Assembly (NCBI RefSeq): GCF_001194135.2
Contig: NC_068991.1
Coordinates: 79,254,598 to 79,306,472, forward strand
Reading direction: 5' to 3'
Length of the DNA stretch: 51,875 nt
From: Octopus bimaculoides
Taxonomy: Eukaryota
Below the pieces are notes generated by a model. It made no database searches. It was not told the origin of the DNA and saw only the letters and a list, made by a program, of their open reading frames with translations. Positions within the stretch are counted from its first letter, which is position 1, and each line of letters starts with the position of its first letter. Both the position numbers and the translations under genes were made by a program. Positions 50,225 to 51,875 of the stretch are shown here, piece by piece.

Positions 50225-50420
50225 GTCAATATCTCGAGGAATTTTCAGTCGAAAGAATCGACACCAATATTTGACTTAGCTTTTAAAGACCGGTGCTTAT
50301 TCTATCAGTGTCTTTTGCCGAACAGCTCAGTTACAGGGACTTAAACACAACAACACCGGTTGTCAAGTGGGGTGGGGGTCTAACACAGACAGAAAGACAC
50401 ACATGCATACACATACACTT
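50225..50420 (-). mobile_element. SINE family B 3' part
   Basis: CTTATTCTATCAGTGTCTTTTGCCGAAC...GTTACAGGGAC.TAAACAC...GGTTGTCAAG; homologous to 8470-8560. Confidence 0.75.
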
Positions 50421-50434
50421 CACTCAAACACACA

Positions 50435-50485
<51 letters not shown>

Positions 50486-50490
<5 letters not shown>

Positions 50491-50680
50491 CGTTAGCACG
50501 CCGGGCGAAATGCTTAGCGGTATTTCGTCTGTCGCTACGTTCTGAGTTTGCCTTTCATCCTTTCGGGGTCGATTAAATAAGTACCAGTTACGTACTGGAG
50601 TCGATATAATCGACTTAATCCGTTTGGCTGTCCTTGTATGTCCCCTCTGTGTGTAGCCCCTTGTGAGTAGTAAAGAAATA
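50486..50680 (+). mobile_element. Well-preserved SINE family A copy
   Basis: GAAACGTTAGCACGCCGGGCGAAATGCTTAGCGGTATTTCG...GCCTTTCATCCTTTCGGGGTCGATTAAATAAGTACCAG...; the core recalls the Nin/Deu SINE domain (from memory, unverified). Confidence 0.85.
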
Positions 50681-51024
50681 ACACACACATATATATATGA
50701 ACACATACACAAGCAAATGAAGACTGAAACATGTGACCACACACACACACATACATACAAACACACAAGCAATATGCAAAATACATGCATACAAACCTAC
50801 ACACATGCATACATATATATATGCATACACACACACGCATACATACATACATGCATACACACATACATGCATACATACATATATATATACATATGTGTAT
50901 GCGCACACAGAGAAGCAAAACGAACGCAGTTCGGATAACGGACAGAGTCAGCGACTATTGGAAAGGTTGCAAGATGCAAAGAATGTTTTAGAAAAAATAA
51001 ATAAGTATATGAGTGGAAACTTAC

Positions 51025-51051
51025 CTGGTGAGTGTGTTAAATAATAAGGCA
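51025..51051 (-). other. Candidate 27-nt micro-exon (unconfirmed)
   Basis: Acceptor CATTCTCTTTTAG, consensus donor CAG|GTAAGT. Confidence 0.25.
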
Positions 51052-51699
51052 CTAAAAGAGAATGACTCTCCCCAGACACAACAGAATATGTTTCAACACA
51101 CGAACTCACATAAAGAATCTTGCAAACCAAATCGCAAAACGAAATATATATATATATATATATATATANNNNNNNNNNNNNNNNNNNNTATGTATGTATG
51201 TATGTATGTATAACGAATCAGTTTATGAAAGGTAAAGTGACCCCTCGGTTATCAATGACCATGGGATTGCATCTAGAAAGTTCCCTTCCGAGGCACAAAT
51301 CCACGCTAAGTTGTTTATGGAAAACCTAGTATGTACGTATGTATATAGTGGTTTAAATGCAGGAATGAATCCTTTTAACATCATATTTATAGCGGTTGTA
51401 GTGAATGACGTAATTGTGTTGGTGTATTTTATAAAAATATAAATAAATGCGCAGAAAATATAAACAGTCTTCCAAACATACATTGAATCAAAGAAGAATA
51501 TTGTCCTAACGGTAATTTCCAAATAAACCGTGCTTTAGCTAGAAATCATTTATCAGTAGTCGCCGACATATTTGCGTAGCAAAACGTTCGATTAGCAACC
51601 AGGTGGACAAGGATTCTGTCTTGGTATTTGGCCTACTTGTAAAATATCTACTTCTATAGCGACGTGTTTTTTAATGCAATGAAATTAGATTTTGTTGAC

Positions 51700-51875
51700 G
51701 GAAACAGTTCGAAGCCCGTCCTCTATATGTGTTTATATTTATTTTCTCTCCTTCTTTCTTTCTGTGGAACAGCGTAGGCTCGAAACGTTAAAGACTTTTT
51801 CACTTCCCGAGTGTTAAACTAACGCATCTGTTTGTTGTCTACAGCACCTGTCTTCATCTTTTGTTTTTTTTTTTT
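51700..51875 (+). mobile_element. Penelope-like terminal-repeat-type relic with minimal hammerhead-like motif (51757-51794)
   Basis: UCUUU-CUGUGGA-A-CAGC(GUAG)GCUC-GAA-ACGU-U-AAAGA: perfect 5-bp stem I, A6U and G10.1C changes. Confidence 0.55.

Noticed and set aside
51019-51028. ACTTACCTGG matches the U1 snRNA 5' end
   Set aside because: The match stops after 10 nt; it is simply the complement of a consensus splice donor.
130-51522. Most ORFs in the supplied track (YI/HT/CV/SL-rich or X-filled)
   Set aside because: They are translations of (AT)n, (CA)n and (AG)n microsatellites and N-gaps, or antisense frames of LINE relics; no evidence of host coding function.
1-51875. CRISPR array, prokaryotic operon, rRNA or mitochondrial insert
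   Set aside because: No regularly spaced repeat-spacer units, no gene-dense ORFs, and no rRNA or mitochondrial gene motifs recognised.

Overview
AT-rich, repeat-dense animal DNA with eight N-gaps, all next to (AT)n or (CA)n tracts. The repeat families I recognise point to an Octopus (coleoid cephalopod) assembly; this is inferred, not proven. No host protein-coding gene can be identified with confidence. Almost all ORFs in the supplied track come from microsatellites, gaps or transposon debris, so the window looks intronic or intergenic. It holds: many tRNA-derived SINEs; about nine fragments of an R4/Dong-like RLE LINE, usually abutting (TAA)n; a Tigger-type MITE and transposase HTH relic; and several MITE or foldback elements. 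Two of these have GG termini, 8-bp flanking repeats (one exact, one 6/8) and internal telomere-like repeats. The most interesting signal is a set of short repeats carrying Penelope-type minimal type-I hammerhead ribozyme motifs (3331-3376, 3651-3696, 16056-16101, 25569-25601, 51757-51794). One pair sits in a ~465-bp head-to-head palindrome joining a tRNA-like Pol III head to a hammerhead tail. Other leads are a pre-miRNA-sized hairpin, many long inverted repeats that could form dsRNA, and a few unconfirmed exon candidates. Coordinates of degenerate repeats are approximate (about +/-10-20 bp).
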